A stretch of DNA of 64,000 nucleotides from positions 297,614 through 361,613 of the forward strand of contig OZ241323.1 in the NCBI GenBank assembly GCA_965199685.1, written 5' to 3'. Source of the DNA: an uncultured candidatus Porisulfidus sp. (GTDB taxonomy: Bacteria; Pseudomonadota; Gammaproteobacteria; Poriferisulfidales; Oxydemutatoraceae). The translations under genes and the position numbers were made by a program. The stretch's first letter is position 1, and each line of letters opens with the position of its first letter. The notes below the pieces were generated by a model. It saw only the letters and a list, made by a program, of their open reading frames with translations. It was not told the origin of the DNA and did no database searches. This document shows, piece by piece, positions 21,923 through 32,409 of this stretch.

Positions 21923-22917
21923 ATGTATTTTTTTATGCACGTTTGTTGCCGAGTATCTTTTCAATTCTATTGCTAGGCAATTTCGCTGTTGCCGAGGATT
22001 ACCACAAGCGAGACGATGTTCAAGCCTATATAGATCAGATGGTGGAGATGCACGCATTTGACCGTGCCACACTAGAGCAAAAGTTTAAGGATGTAGTTAA
22101 ACAAGAACAGGCAATCACGGCAATGGACAGACCTGCGGAGGCTAAGCCGTGGCCTCAATATAAAGAGATATTTATTACCCCGTTGCGTATCAGCGGTGGA
22201 GTATTGTTTTGGAAACAATATCAGGATTTTCTGGAAAAAGCCGAGGCTGAGTTTGGTGTGCCAGCATCACTGATTGTTGCAATTATCGGCGTAGAGACCT
22301 TTTATGGGAGAAATACCGGTAGTTTTCCGGTATTTAGCACATTGGTTACCTTAGGTTTTGATTATCCTCGTAGGGCCGATTTCTTCAAGCGAGAACTAAC
22401 CGAGTTTTTGTTGCTGTGTCGTCAGGAGCGTGCTTTGCAGTGCGATGAACTTGAAGGTTCTTATGCTGGTGCTATGGGAACCGGACAATTTATTTCAAGC
22501 AGTTATAGGAATTATGCGGTTGATTTTGATAATGACGGTATCAGAGATTTGTGGAATAGTCAGGCCGACGCAATCGGTAGCGTAGCTAACTATATCAAAA
22601 AACACGGCTGGATGTCGCAAAAACCGGTAGGAGTTTATGTGGAGATAGAAGACGGCAACTACGAGCTGTTGTTAGATAAAAAATTTAAACCGTGGCTTTC
22701 GGTTGCGGATTTGCAAGAACGCAAGATTAGACTCCAAAATTTTGAACCCCAGGAACCGGTATTCTCGTTGTTTAAGTTTGAAAACGAAAACGCAAGTCTA
22801 GCCCCAAAAGTTTGGGTGGGTTATAATAACTTTTATGTCATCACAAGATATAACCACAGCCACCGTTATGCCATGGCAGTTCATCAACTGAGCGAGCTTA
22901 TTAACCAACGCTATTAG
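21919..22917 (+). CDS. mltB: Lytic murein transglycosylase B
   Basis: [29 protein letters not shown]. Confidence 0.95.
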   Translation: MNVFFYARLLPSIFSILLLGNFAVAEDYHKRDDVQAYIDQMVEMHAFDRATLEQKFKDVVKQEQAITAMDRPAEAKPWPQYKEIFITPLRISGGVLFWKQYQDFLEKAEAEFGVPASLIVAIIGVETFYGRNTGSFPVFSTLVTLGFDYPRRADFFKRELTEFLLLCRQERALQCDELEGSYAGAMGTGQFISSSYRNYAVDFDNDGIRDLWNSQADAIGSVANYIKKHGWMSQKPVGVYVEIEDGNYELLLDKKFKPWLSVADLQERKIRLQNFEPQEPVFSLFKFENENASLAPKVWVGYNNFYVITRYNHSHRYAMAVHQLSELINQRY

Positions 22918-22936
22918 ATTATCGCTCGATAAAACC

Positions 22937-23746
22937 ATGCGCACCGAAACACGCTTTAGTTTCTATACGATAGTTATGACTGCGACGGTATTGATGCTTG
23001 TCTCAGGATGTACTGTTCCAAAGGCTAATATTAGCGATGTCGACCAATGGAAAGTTCCGATGTCGCTACCCAAGAAATTCAACTATGTGCCTGACACAAC
23101 GCCGAAGACTGGTGGATATTCGTATGTGGTCAGAGGTAAACGCTACCATGTCAAACCAGTTGCGGTGGGTTATCGCGAAACCGGACTGGCTTCTTGGTAC
23201 GGGAAAAAATTTCACGGTCGTTTGACCGCTAATCAAGAAACCTACGACATGTATCAACTGACCGCAGCGCATAAAAGCCTGCCATTGCCATCGTATATAA
23301 AAGTTTGGAACCATAATAACGGAAAGAGTGTAATCGTTAGAGTTAACGATCGCGGCCCCTTTATCGAAGGGCGTATTGTAGATCTCTCCTATGCGGCAGC
23401 AAAAGAGATAGATATGGCCGAAGCAGGGTTAGCACCCGTCACCATAGAAGTCATCAATCCGCCAGTTTCTAAGCCGGCGACCCAAGTTTCTAATTTACCC
23501 CATAAGCATCGTCTTGGCTATATACAAGTAGGTGCGTACAAAGAGATAACAAATGCATCAAGGGTTGTACGTTTGTTAACGCAACAGAACTTAGTTCCTC
23601 GTGTCAAGCGAACGAACTATCACAGTGCGACCAACATTCATCAGGTACGCTTGGGACCTTTTAATACATCGCAAGAATTAGACGCGGTCGGCAGACAGCT
23701 AGTGCGAAGTGGTTTTAAGGACTATCAAGTATTTTATAAATTTTAA
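22937..23746 (+). CDS. rlpA: Septal ring lytic transglycosylase RlpA (lipoprotein with SPOR domain)
   Basis: Lipobox VSGC, ASWYG, TAAHK, VNDRGPF, C-terminal IQVGAY SPOR domain. Confidence 0.95.
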   Translation: MRTETRFSFYTIVMTATVLMLVSGCTVPKANISDVDQWKVPMSLPKKFNYVPDTTPKTGGYSYVVRGKRYHVKPVAVGYRETGLASWYGKKFHGRLTANQETYDMYQLTAAHKSLPLPSYIKVWNHNNGKSVIVRVNDRGPFIEGRIVDLSYAAAKEIDMAEAGLAPVTIEVINPPVSKPATQVSNLPHKHRLGYIQVGAYKEITNASRVVRLLTQQNLVPRVKRTNYHSATNIHQVRLGPFNTSQELDAVGRQLVRSGFKDYQVFYKF

Positions 23747-23748
23747 GG

Positions 23749-24900
23749 ATGAAAAATTTATTCCTCCCAAACATAAACTCAATTTTATTATTTTTTGTGG
23801 TGTTACTCGCATCATCGCTTTCGTATGCGATTGAATGGGTGCCCAAAGCACCGGCTTTAGCGGCGCGTAATTATATATTGATGGATTTCCATAGCAATAA
23901 AGTTTTAGCGGAAAAAAATGCCGATCAAAGGATAGACCCGGCTAGTATAACCAAACTAATGACCGCCTATATCGCATATCAAGCGATAGAAAAAGGTCTG
24001 ATTAACATGGACGACCAAGTTGAGATCAGTAACACGGCAGCTGCTTTAGTCGGTTCTAGAATGTTTATAGAAGTGGGCAGTTTGGTTTCGGTTCACGATT
24101 TACTCTCTGGGGTGGTTATACAATCTGGCAACGATGCCAGCGTTGCTTTAGCGGAGCACGTGGCAGGTAGCGAAGATGTATTCGTTGATTTGATGAATAG
24201 AAAAGCGCAAGAGCTTGGTTTGAGTGAATCTCGTTTTACCAATTCCACCGGACTTTCCGATGATGACCACTATATGAGCTCGCGCGATATTGCTATTTTG
24301 AGCCAAGTTCTGATAAGAGATTATCCCGAACACTATGCTATGTATTCTGAGGCGGATTTCACCTACAACGATATACGGCAACCCAACCGCAATTTATTAT
24401 TGTGGCGCAATATGAATGTCGATGGTTTGAAGACCGGATATACCCAGAAAGCCGGTTATTGTGTAGCCGTCTCCTCTCTACAAGACGACATGCGTTTAAT
24501 CGCAGTGGTCATGGGAAGCGGTCGACAAAAACGTTTTGACGAAGCCAGTGAATTATTGCGTTATGGCTATCGTTTTTATAAAACTTCAAAGTTATTCGAC
24601 AAACAGAAAACGCTGACCGAAGTACGAGTTTGGGGAGGCGACCGTCGGCAGTTAGAACTAGGTGTGCCTGCAGATATCTATGTCACATTGCCGCGCGTGA
24701 AAAATGCCGGTGTTGAAACCGAACTAATGATTTACGAGGATATCATTGCACCAGTTACTAAAGGCCAAGAACTGGGCTCGGTTGCGGTATCTTTTGACGG
24801 CAAAACGATTCAACAAAGCACGCTGGTTTCTTTATACCCTATCGCCGAAGGCAGCTTGTGGGCGCGTATATCGGATAGCGTTATACATCTATTTCAGTGA
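23749..24900 (+). CDS. dacA: D-alanyl-D-alanine carboxypeptidase (PBP5/6)
   Basis: SITK, SGN, KTG motifs; follows rlpA. Confidence 0.9.
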   Translation: MKNLFLPNINSILLFFVVLLASSLSYAIEWVPKAPALAARNYILMDFHSNKVLAEKNADQRIDPASITKLMTAYIAYQAIEKGLINMDDQVEISNTAAALVGSRMFIEVGSLVSVHDLLSGVVIQSGNDASVALAEHVAGSEDVFVDLMNRKAQELGLSESRFTNSTGLSDDDHYMSSRDIAILSQVLIRDYPEHYAMYSEADFTYNDIRQPNRNLLLWRNMNVDGLKTGYTQKAGYCVAVSSLQDDMRLIAVVMGSGRQKRFDEASELLRYGYRFYKTSKLFDKQKTLTEVRVWGGDRRQLELGVPADIYVTLPRVKNAGVETELMIYEDIIAPVTKGQELGSVAVSFDGKTIQQSTLVSLYPIAEGSLWARISDSVIHLFQ

Positions 24901-25763
24901 TAGCCTACCTTAACGGAAAATACCAACCAGCCGATGCATGCACTATCAGCCCTTTGGATAGAGGGTTTCTCTTTGGAGACGGCGTATACGAGGTATTACC
25001 AGTCTATCACGGTGCCATTTTTCGCTGCGATGACCATCTGCATAGGCTCAACCACAGCCTAGACAGTATAGGCATAGATAATCCTCAAACCGATAACCAA
25101 TGGAAGGCGATATTTTCTGAGTTAATTAGTCGTTGCGGATTGTCGGAACTTTCCATTTATTTACAAATCAGCAGAGGACCGGCACCAATGAGATTACACA
25201 TTCCTATGGATGATATCCACCCTACGGTGTTTGCAATGACGATGCCGGCAAGAGCCACTTTTGATGAGGAACTCAAACAAGGTGTGAGTGTTATGACCAC
25301 CGACGATATAAGGTGGGCACGTTGCGACATTAAGTCCACTAATTTATTGGCAAACGTGATGCTGAGCATGCAAACCCGAAGCCGAGAGTGCCACGAGGCA
25401 ATAATGATAGACGCAGGCTATGTGACCGAGGGTGCCTCAAGCAATCTATTCATCGTGACTGAGGGTCGTCTGTCAACACCGCCGCTAAGCAACAAAATAT
25501 TGCCGGGCATCACCCGTAAAGTTGTTATGGAAATGGCTCGGTTGTTAAGAGTCGGTTGTAAAGAAAAAGCACTGACTCGTGAGGATTTACTGCGTGCTGA
25601 CGAAATTTGGCTGACGAGTTCTACACGCAATATAGTGCCAGTGACCCGTGTTGACGAGCAGCAAATAGGAGATGGCACACCAGGCAAGCTTTGGCAAAAG
25701 TTTTCGGCAGTACTGATGCGGTTGTCGATACCACCCGATGAGGAAATGCCGGTCTCGGATTGA
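24897..25763 (+). CDS. Class IV aminotransferase, D-amino acid aminotransferase-like
   Basis: DRGFLFGDGVYEV, CDIKS, EGASSN, ILPGITR. Confidence 0.88.
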   Translation: MIAYLNGKYQPADACTISPLDRGFLFGDGVYEVLPVYHGAIFRCDDHLHRLNHSLDSIGIDNPQTDNQWKAIFSELISRCGLSELSIYLQISRGPAPMRLHIPMDDIHPTVFAMTMPARATFDEELKQGVSVMTTDDIRWARCDIKSTNLLANVMLSMQTRSRECHEAIMIDAGYVTEGASSNLFIVTEGRLSTPPLSNKILPGITRKVVMEMARLLRVGCKEKALTREDLLRADEIWLTSSTRNIVPVTRVDEQQIGDGTPGKLWQKFSAVLMRLSIPPDEEMPVSD

Positions 25764-25775
25764 GCTGAGACAAGC

Positions 25776-26133
25776 TGGTGGAGGCGGCGGGAATTGAACC
25801 CGCGTCCGCATATACTCTGCTCTCGGTACTACATGTTTAGTTCGTCTTTAATCACACCATCTACAGCCGGCGAACAGGCGAAATAGTCGGCTTCCCCGAA
25901 TAAGAGTTTAACGTTTGAACTTCAGGTCTATTCGTGCGCGAGCTTGTTGATCGACCCCTCTGCTTAAGTTACAAGCACCCTAAGAGAGGAGGCATAGCCG
26001 GTTGTTTAGGCCGCTAATGCGTAGTTGTCTTCTTGATTGGCAACTAATTTTCTGCAAAAAGTTTAACGAGTTTCTTACCTGCTCGACATGCACCTCAAGT
26101 TTCGTAATATCCGTCGAAACCAAGATCGCCCCC
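25776..26133 (-). ncRNA. ssrA: tmRNA; encoded tag ANQEDNYALAA at 26041..26006
   Basis: 5' GGGGGCG pairs with 3' CGCCTCC-A-CCA giving a G3:U70 pair; T-arm GGGTTCAATTCCC; resume context TAGTT-GCC and YALAA-stop. Confidence 0.97.
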
Positions 26134-26144
26134 GTAAAGTACGG

Positions 26145-26153
26145 ATTATAGCA
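26145..26153 (-). promoter_or_regulatory. Extended -10 promoter of ssrA
   Basis: TGCTATAAT on the minus strand, 11 nt upstream of the mature 5' end. Confidence 0.6.
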
Positions 26154-26216
26154 CGGATGCAATGACTTCCTCGTATACAATAAACATCTCATTGATAAAG
26201 CAAACTAACAATCGGC

Positions 26217-26996
26217 ATGGCACGGTATCCTCGCAAACGTTTTGGGCAACACTTCTTATCCGACCCTAATATCGTCTCTCGTATAATTTCTGCGATTTCT
26301 CCTCAGCCCGCAGACACGATTGTTGAAATAGGTCCTGGCAAAGGCGCATTGACCTATCCTTTGCACGATAGAGTGTCTTTGATACACGGCGTTGAAATAG
26401 ATCGCGATTTAGCAAGTGATTTAGAGCTAAAGGCTCTACAATATCCAAAACTACGAGTGCATTGTGCCGATGCACTTAAAGTCGATTTCGCAGAGCTTCT
26501 AGGAAAGCAACCGGCGCGTTTTGTCGGAAATCTTCCGTACAATATATCAACCGCGTTAATTTTTCATCTTGTCTCGTTTCAAGACCATATTATTGATATG
26601 CACTTGATGTTGCAACGCGAAGTTGTTCAAAGATTAACTGCATCGGCTACCGACAAACAATACGGCAGGTTGGGTATTATAGCAAGCTGTTGTTTTGAAA
26701 TAAACGCGCTTTTCGATGTTTCGTCGCAAGCCTTTGTACCATCCCCTAAAGTCGTATCTACCCTGGTTCGTTTTAAGCCACAACCCAGGCTTCCGCAATC
26801 GGCATTAAAGGAACTCGATAAAATTGTGCGGCTTGCATTTGCCAATAGGCGCAAAACTACGGCAAATGCATTGTCCAAGCTATTCGCTAGAGAGGATTTG
26901 GAACGTATGGGAATAGATCCTAATTGCCGTGCCGATAGTTTAGACATTGACCAATTTATAAACATGTTAGAATATCTACGCAAACAAGGGAGATAA
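26217..26996 (+). CDS. rsmA: 16S rRNA adenine dimethyltransferase (KsgA)
   Basis: KRFGQHFL, VEIGPG, GNLPYNIS. Confidence 0.97.
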   Translation: MARYPRKRFGQHFLSDPNIVSRIISAISPQPADTIVEIGPGKGALTYPLHDRVSLIHGVEIDRDLASDLELKALQYPKLRVHCADALKVDFAELLGKQPARFVGNLPYNISTALIFHLVSFQDHIIDMHLMLQREVVQRLTASATDKQYGRLGIIASCCFEINALFDVSSQAFVPSPKVVSTLVRFKPQPRLPQSALKELDKIVRLAFANRRKTTANALSKLFAREDLERMGIDPNCRADSLDIDQFINMLEYLRKQGR

Positions 26997-26997
26997 T

Positions 26998-27375
26998 ATG
27001 TTACCGGGTAAAGACATAAAGATTAGCGTGGAGACACAGTACTTAGAAGAGCAATCCGATTCCTCGGAGGATAGATATGTTTTTGTATATACGGTGACAA
27101 TTGAAAACCAAGGGAATATATCGGCTCAGTTGATCTCTAGACATTGGGTCATTACCGACTCAAACCAGAAAGTGCAAGAAGTTAAAGGCGAGGGGGTAGT
27201 CGGGGAACAGCCTTATCTGCATCCGGGTACTCGTTTTTCCTATACCAGTGGAACGGTATTGGAAACACCGTTTGGAACGATGCGCGGAAGCTATAAGATG
27301 CTCGCTGAAGACGGTTCGGAGTTTGATGCCGAAATAAAAGAATTTTTATTGTCGGCACCTCGCACTATCCATTGA
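26998..27375 (+). CDS. apaG: ApaG protein
   Basis: QLISRHWVITD, GEGVVGEQP, YTSG. Confidence 0.97.
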   Translation: MLPGKDIKISVETQYLEEQSDSSEDRYVFVYTVTIENQGNISAQLISRHWVITDSNQKVQEVKGEGVVGEQPYLHPGTRFSYTSGTVLETPFGTMRGSYKMLAEDGSEFDAEIKEFLLSAPRTIH

Positions 27376-27434
27376 ATCGGCGGTTCTATTTTTCAACAAC
27401 CCCAAATAGATCGATTGTACAGACGCAACGCGTT

Positions 27435-27461
27435 AGGGCGGATATATAAATCCGCCCCTAC
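27435..27461 (-). repeat. GTAG-type REP palindrome
   Basis: Minus strand reads GTAG-GGGCGGAT-TTATAT-ATCCGCCC. Confidence 0.7.
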
Positions 27462-27501
27462 GGTGTATGAAATATTTTTTGGATAGCGCATACATTACAA
27501 G

Positions 27502-28362
27502 ATGAGTTTATACGCAATTGGTGATGTGCAAGGATGTTATGATGCATTGCGCCGTCTGCTCGACCATATCAGCTATGACCCTGCCGAAGACGAGTTATGG
27601 TTCGCCGGTGATCTTGTCAACCGAGGTCCGCAGTCTTTAGAGACGCTCAATTTTGTCAAAAGCCTGAGAGATAATGCAAAATGGGTACTCGGCAATCACG
27701 AGTTGCATTTGCTGAAGCTCGCAGACGGTTTAATAGAGGCATCGCAAAGTACGCTCGATGCGGTGCTCAACGCACCCGATGCCGACATTCTTTTGGAATG
27801 GGTCGCACGACAACCATTATTGAGGGTTGACCATCAAAGAAAACTGATACTCGTCCATGCCGGTTTGTTACCGCAATGGGATATAGAATCAGCCGTGCAA
27901 TTAGCGGAGCATGTTTGCCAACGATTACAAAGCCCTGAGCGCAAAACTTTTTTGGCACAACTACTCAGTCAACAAAATGCACTTGCATTGTGGGAAGACC
28001 ATTTACAGGACATTGATCGTTTAGCGATTACCGTTGATGCAATGACCGGTATTCGTTTTTGCGATGCTCAGGGGCGTATGGATTTTCAAGCCAAGACTCC
28101 GCCGGGCGAAAATCCTCCTGGACTTTATCCTTGGTATACGCTTGCTCATAAACGCGACCCCAGTTATACGGTGTTGTTTGGGCATTGGGCAGCACTCGGA
28201 TATCAGAGGATGAAGTCTTATATCGCACTGGATTCCGGATGCGTGTGGGGCGGTTGCCTGACCGCATATCGCCTAGATCGTGGAAATGAACGGGAATTTC
28301 AAATTCCGTGCGATGATTTGCCCGCAATTTATCCTAGACCGCATGATTTGAGTATACGGTAA
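27502..28362 (+). CDS. apaH: Symmetrical bis(5'-nucleosyl)-tetraphosphatase
   Basis: GDVQGC, GDLVNRGP, GHWAAL, LDSGCVWGG. Confidence 0.96.
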   Translation: MSLYAIGDVQGCYDALRRLLDHISYDPAEDELWFAGDLVNRGPQSLETLNFVKSLRDNAKWVLGNHELHLLKLADGLIEASQSTLDAVLNAPDADILLEWVARQPLLRVDHQRKLILVHAGLLPQWDIESAVQLAEHVCQRLQSPERKTFLAQLLSQQNALALWEDHLQDIDRLAITVDAMTGIRFCDAQGRMDFQAKTPPGENPPGLYPWYTLAHKRDPSYTVLFGHWAALGYQRMKSYIALDSGCVWGGCLTAYRLDRGNEREFQIPCDDLPAIYPRPHDLSIR

Positions 28363-28396
28363 TTCTCATTTATAATCTCTAGGAACATACATTACT

Positions 28397-31300
28397 ATGA
28401 TTGAATACTTTATTAAAAACCCCATCATTACCAATTTCCTGCTGCTGTCGGTTGTAGTTGTCGGTATTTTGTCGTGGCGGGCGATGCCGCAGGAAATGTT
28501 TCCGGTCATTGAGTCGGATACGATTTCTATAGAGACCGAATACGAAGGCGCACCACCAGTTGAAGTTGAGCGTCAGCTGACCATCCCGATAGAAGACGAG
28601 GTTGACGATATCAGTGAGATAGATGAATTGCAGTCTGTAAGTCTTGAGGGAATTTCTCGTATTTATTTGGATCTCAAGCCGGGCGTTGATGTAGAGGAAG
28701 TAGTGCGTAGTGTGGAAATTGAAGTTGACTCTATAGAAGACCTGCCCAGCGATATAGAAACGCCGCGTATCTCTCGTCGCAAGAGTAATTTTCCGGTTAT
28801 CAGTGTGAGTGTCTACGGCGATGTCAGCGAGGCCGAGTTAATTCGTGCTAGCGAGATAGTCAAGCAAGCGATACAGAAAGTTGAGGGGGTCGGTGGGGTG
28901 AATATCGCCGGCGAGCGCGACACCGAAGTCTGGGTGGTTGTAGACCCCTATGAAATCGCTGCAAAAGAAGTATCTCTAGAGGAAATTCGTAATGCGTTGG
29001 CAGCAAATCTAGGAGATCGTCCGGGCGGTTCTTTGTCTGCTTTAGAGGGCGATATACAACTGCGGGGAATGAGTGTTGCAGATAATGTGCAGGCGGTTAA
29101 GGATATCGCTATTAGAACCAATAGAGACGGTGGTCAATTACGAGTAGGCGATATTGCAGATGTGGAGATGACGCTTGAAACTGCGCAAACACAAGGGCGA
29201 TTTTCGGGTTTGCAATCACTGAACTTGGTCGTAACCAAAGATGTGAGGGCATCTACGAACGATATTGCAGAAGAGATTAGAAGGCTGATAAAGGAAGAGA
29301 TACCAGGCCTACTCCCAGCAGCAATACAAGTCGGTTATCATAACGATTTCTCGGTTTATATAGACACCCGATTGAAGACCGTTTTCTCGTCTGGGTTGAT
29401 TGGTTTGGTGTTATTGCTGGGGTCGCTTTATTTGTTATTGAATTTTAGGGTTGCATTGATTACTGCGTTTGGCATTCCTATTTCTTTTTTGGTTGCCGTA
29501 ATTAGCATTTATTATTTAGGTTTCACTATCAACATGGTGTCTTTGTTCGCCTTTTTGATTGCGCTGGGGATGATAGTTGACGATGCCATTATTGTGACCG
29601 AAAACATCCACCACTATATAGAGGAAGGGATGCCGGTTAGACAAGCGGCTCTGCGCGGGACGCGCGAGATCGTTCCACCAGTTGTTGCTGCGACTTTGAC
29701 TACGGTTATTGCTTTTCTGCCATTGCTTGCCATCGGCGGTAGGATGGGAGAGTTCGTCAAGGTTATCCCGGTTGTAGTCAGTGCTGCGTTGATAGGTTCT
29801 TTGTTGGAAGCCTTTTTTGTGTTACCTTCGCATGCAAATTTATTCTTAAAAGCGCGAACCCGTCTCAAAAGTCTCTCGGTAGGAGCTGCTGCGGTGGGAT
29901 CCACTATGCTACCGTCGGCGGGCGACAAGGGAGGTTTTGTGAACTGGAAAAAATTACTCAAACCCTATGAAAATTATCTGCGTTGGGGTTTGCACAACAG
30001 ATATTTTGTTTTTGTTGCAGCTAGCTGTGTATTGGTGTTGGCACTTATTATTCTAACAACGCGCATCCCCTTTCAGCTATTCGGACACATCGAGGTAGAC
30101 GAGTTTTTCGTCAACATAGAAGCCCCTAGTAATTACAGCATAGAAGAAACCGAAGAGTTGTCGACACGCATTGAAAAGGAAATCTACACGGTGTTTGACG
30201 GACACGAATACGAATTGAAAACCATGTTAAGCAATATCGGCGTGTTATTGAGTGGGCGCGGTGGAAGCAGGCAATCTAAAGTCGGCGATAACTATTGTCA
30301 GTTTGTAGTATCGTTGACTAAACAAGAACCACAGACTTTTGTCGAGCGTTTTATCGTGCCGTTGGTGAGTTTCAAGTTTGACGAACAAGGTTCTCGCAAG
30401 CGCAACGTAGAGGAGATCATTCAGTTGATACGCGACCGGGTATCGGGTATGTCCGGTGTTAAGCGTTTTTCTATAGTGCGTCCGGAAGCCGGCCCGACGG
30501 GAGCGGATATTGAGATTAGCATTGCTGGTTCTGATCTGGAGAGATTGGAAGATCGCGCAGAAGAAATGATAGATTATCTGCGCGGCATCGCTGGGGTCTA
30601 CGATGTGCAACACGATATGGACAGGGGCAAACTGGAAGTGCGCTATCAATTGAACGAGCGCGGACAGCGTTTGGGGCTCACCCAACAACAAGTTGCCGAT
30701 GCACTACGCACTGGTTATTTGGGTGTCAAGGCGGTCTATGTAAATTGGGGTGACGAACGCTATCCGGTGCGAGTTATCTTTGACGAAGAGATACGCAACG
30801 ACAGCAACCGTCTGATGCAATTGCCGCTGACCTTGACCGACGGCAGAGTGGTTTACCTAAACGAAGTGGCAACGATTAAGCTAGACCGCAGTTTTAACCG
30901 CTTGACCCGCCTTGATGGTCGTCGCATCGTCACGATTACTGGCGAAGTAGACAGCGAGGAGCTCACCCCTTTTCAAGTATATGGTCAGATCGGACGCCAA
31001 TTTGGGCCGCTATACGAACAGCTTCCCGAATACGATATGGTCTTTAGAGGAGCAAAAAAACGTGCCGACGATTCGTTTAGAGGTATTCGGGTTGCCGGTA
31101 TAGTTGCCGTTATGGGGATATTTTTAATTTTGCTAGTACTATTTCGTACTTTGCGAGAACCGGTACTTATATTGCTCACCGTGCCGTTTGGTTTCATCGG
31201 TGTGATTATCGGACATGCGTTGCTCGGCTATAATTTGCAGTTCGTGTCTGTAGTCGGATTGGTTGCACTCAGCGGGATTATCGTCAACGACTCTTTGATT

Positions 31301-31588
31301 ATGTTGAACCAGGTAAAAAAACATCGCGAGCGAGGCTATAGCTGTGAGGAAGCGGTGGTTTCTGCGTCTTACCGGCGAGCGCGTCCAATCATACTGACCA
31401 CGATTACGACCTTCTTGGGGGTATCGCCGCTGATTTTCTTCGCTACTGGTCAAACCAAATTCCTATCACCGATGGCAATCAGTCTAGGTTTTGGGCTGGT
31501 CTTTGCGACAGTGCTAATACTCACCGTACTGCCGTGTCTTTATATGATCACCGAAGATCTAAAGAACTATCTTAGAAAGCGAATTTAA
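28397..31588 (+). CDS. RND (AcrB/AcrD/AcrF family) transporter permease
   Basis: 1063 aa, two large periplasmic loops, GMIVDDAIIVTENI, GIIVNDS, RARPIILT. Confidence 0.92.
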   Translation: MIEYFIKNPIITNFLLLSVVVVGILSWRAMPQEMFPVIESDTISIETEYEGAPPVEVERQLTIPIEDEVDDISEIDELQSVSLEGISRIYLDLKPGVDVEEVVRSVEIEVDSIEDLPSDIETPRISRRKSNFPVISVSVYGDVSEAELIRASEIVKQAIQKVEGVGGVNIAGERDTEVWVVVDPYEIAAKEVSLEEIRNALAANLGDRPGGSLSALEGDIQLRGMSVADNVQAVKDIAIRTNRDGGQLRVGDIADVEMTLETAQTQGRFSGLQSLNLVVTKDVRASTNDIAEEIRRLIKEEIPGLLPAAIQVGYHNDFSVYIDTRLKTVFSSGLIGLVLLLGSLYLLLNFRVALITAFGIPISFLVAVISIYYLGFTINMVSLFAFLIALGMIVDDAIIVTENIHHYIEEGMPVRQAALRGTREIVPPVVAATLTTVIAFLPLLAIGGRMGEFVKVIPVVVSAALIGSLLEAFFVLPSHANLFLKARTRLKSLSVGAAAVGSTMLPSAGDKGGFVNWKKLLKPYENYLRWGLHNRYFVFVAASCVLVLALIILTTRIPFQLFGHIEVDEFFVNIEAPSNYSIEETEELSTRIEKEIYTVFDGHEYELKTMLSNIGVLLSGRGGSRQSKVGDNYCQFVVSLTKQEPQTFVERFIVPLVSFKFDEQGSRKRNVEEIIQLIRDRVSGMSGVKRFSIVRPEAGPTGADIEISIAGSDLERLEDRAEEMIDYLRGIAGVYDVQHDMDRGKLEVRYQLNERGQRLGLTQQQVADALRTGYLGVKAVYVNWGDERYPVRVIFDEEIRNDSNRLMQLPLTLTDGRVVYLNEVATIKLDRSFNRLTRLDGRRIVTITGEVDSEELTPFQVYGQIGRQFGPLYEQLPEYDMVFRGAKKRADDSFRGIRVAGIVAVMGIFLILLVLFRTLREPVLILLTVPFGFIGVIIGHALLGYNLQFVSVVGLVALSGIIVNDSLIMLNQVKKHRERGYSCEEAVVSASYRRARPIILTTITTFLGVSPLIFFATGQTKFLSPMAISLGFGLVFATVLILTVLPCLYMITEDLKNYLRKRI

Positions 31589-31590
31589 AA

Positions 31591-32364
31591 ATGCGTATTA
31601 TCACGCTCAATGTCAACGGTATACGCTCTGCCGCTGGCAAAGGTTTTTATCGTTGGCTCGCTCACCAAAATGCCGATTTTGTATGCTTACAGGAACTACG
31701 CATACAGCCCGAACAACTTGACGATAAGAAGTTTTTCCCGAGTCGTTTTCATTGTCATTATCACACTGCCGAAAAAAAGGGTTATAGCGGTGTAGCCCTG
31801 TATTCAAAACAGCAACCCGATAAAATCATCAGTGCATACGGCGATTCCGAGTTTGATAACGAAGGACGTTACATAGAAGGACAATACGGTGATTTATCAG
31901 TGATTTCGGTCTACGCACCGTCGGGGTCTTCCGGCGAGGAGCGCCAACAGGCAAAATATCGCTTCATGGACAGTTTTATGGAATACTTGGTAGGTTTGAA
32001 GAGACGGCGCAGACATTATATTATTTGCGGCGATATCAATATCGCACATAAAGAAATAGATCTAAAAAACTGGCGAGGCAACAAAAAAAACTCAGGTTTT
32101 TTACCCAAAGAGAGACAATGGCTGGATACCTTATTTGACGAAGTCGGTTATCGCGATGTATTCAGAGCGATTTGCCAAGCCTCCGACCAATATACTTGGT
32201 GGTCTAACCGTGGACGCGCTTGGGAAAACAATGTCGGATGGCGTATCGATTATCAACTAAGCTCTGCGCGCGCACCCTACCATCCTGAGGCGGCACGCAT
32301 CTATAAAAACAAACGATTTTCCGACCACGCACCGTTGATCATCGATTACAAAAAGATTTCCTAA
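31591..32364 (+). CDS. xth: Exodeoxyribonuclease III
   Basis: NVNGIRS, GYSGV, GDINIAH, YTWWS, GWRIDY, SDHAP. Confidence 0.93.
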   Translation: MRIITLNVNGIRSAAGKGFYRWLAHQNADFVCLQELRIQPEQLDDKKFFPSRFHCHYHTAEKKGYSGVALYSKQQPDKIISAYGDSEFDNEGRYIEGQYGDLSVISVYAPSGSSGEERQQAKYRFMDSFMEYLVGLKRRRRHYIICGDINIAHKEIDLKNWRGNKKNSGFLPKERQWLDTLFDEVGYRDVFRAICQASDQYTWWSNRGRAWENNVGWRIDYQLSSARAPYHPEAARIYKNKRFSDHAPLIIDYKKIS

Positions 32365-32409
32365 AACGCATTGGTATGATTTTTGATTAGCATCTGACCA
32401 GCAGATTAT

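Noticed and set aside
25764-25810. tRNA gene or island attachment site at the TGGTGGAGGCGGCGGG sequence
   Set aside because: It is the tmRNA 3' end; no duplicate copy or integrase was seen.
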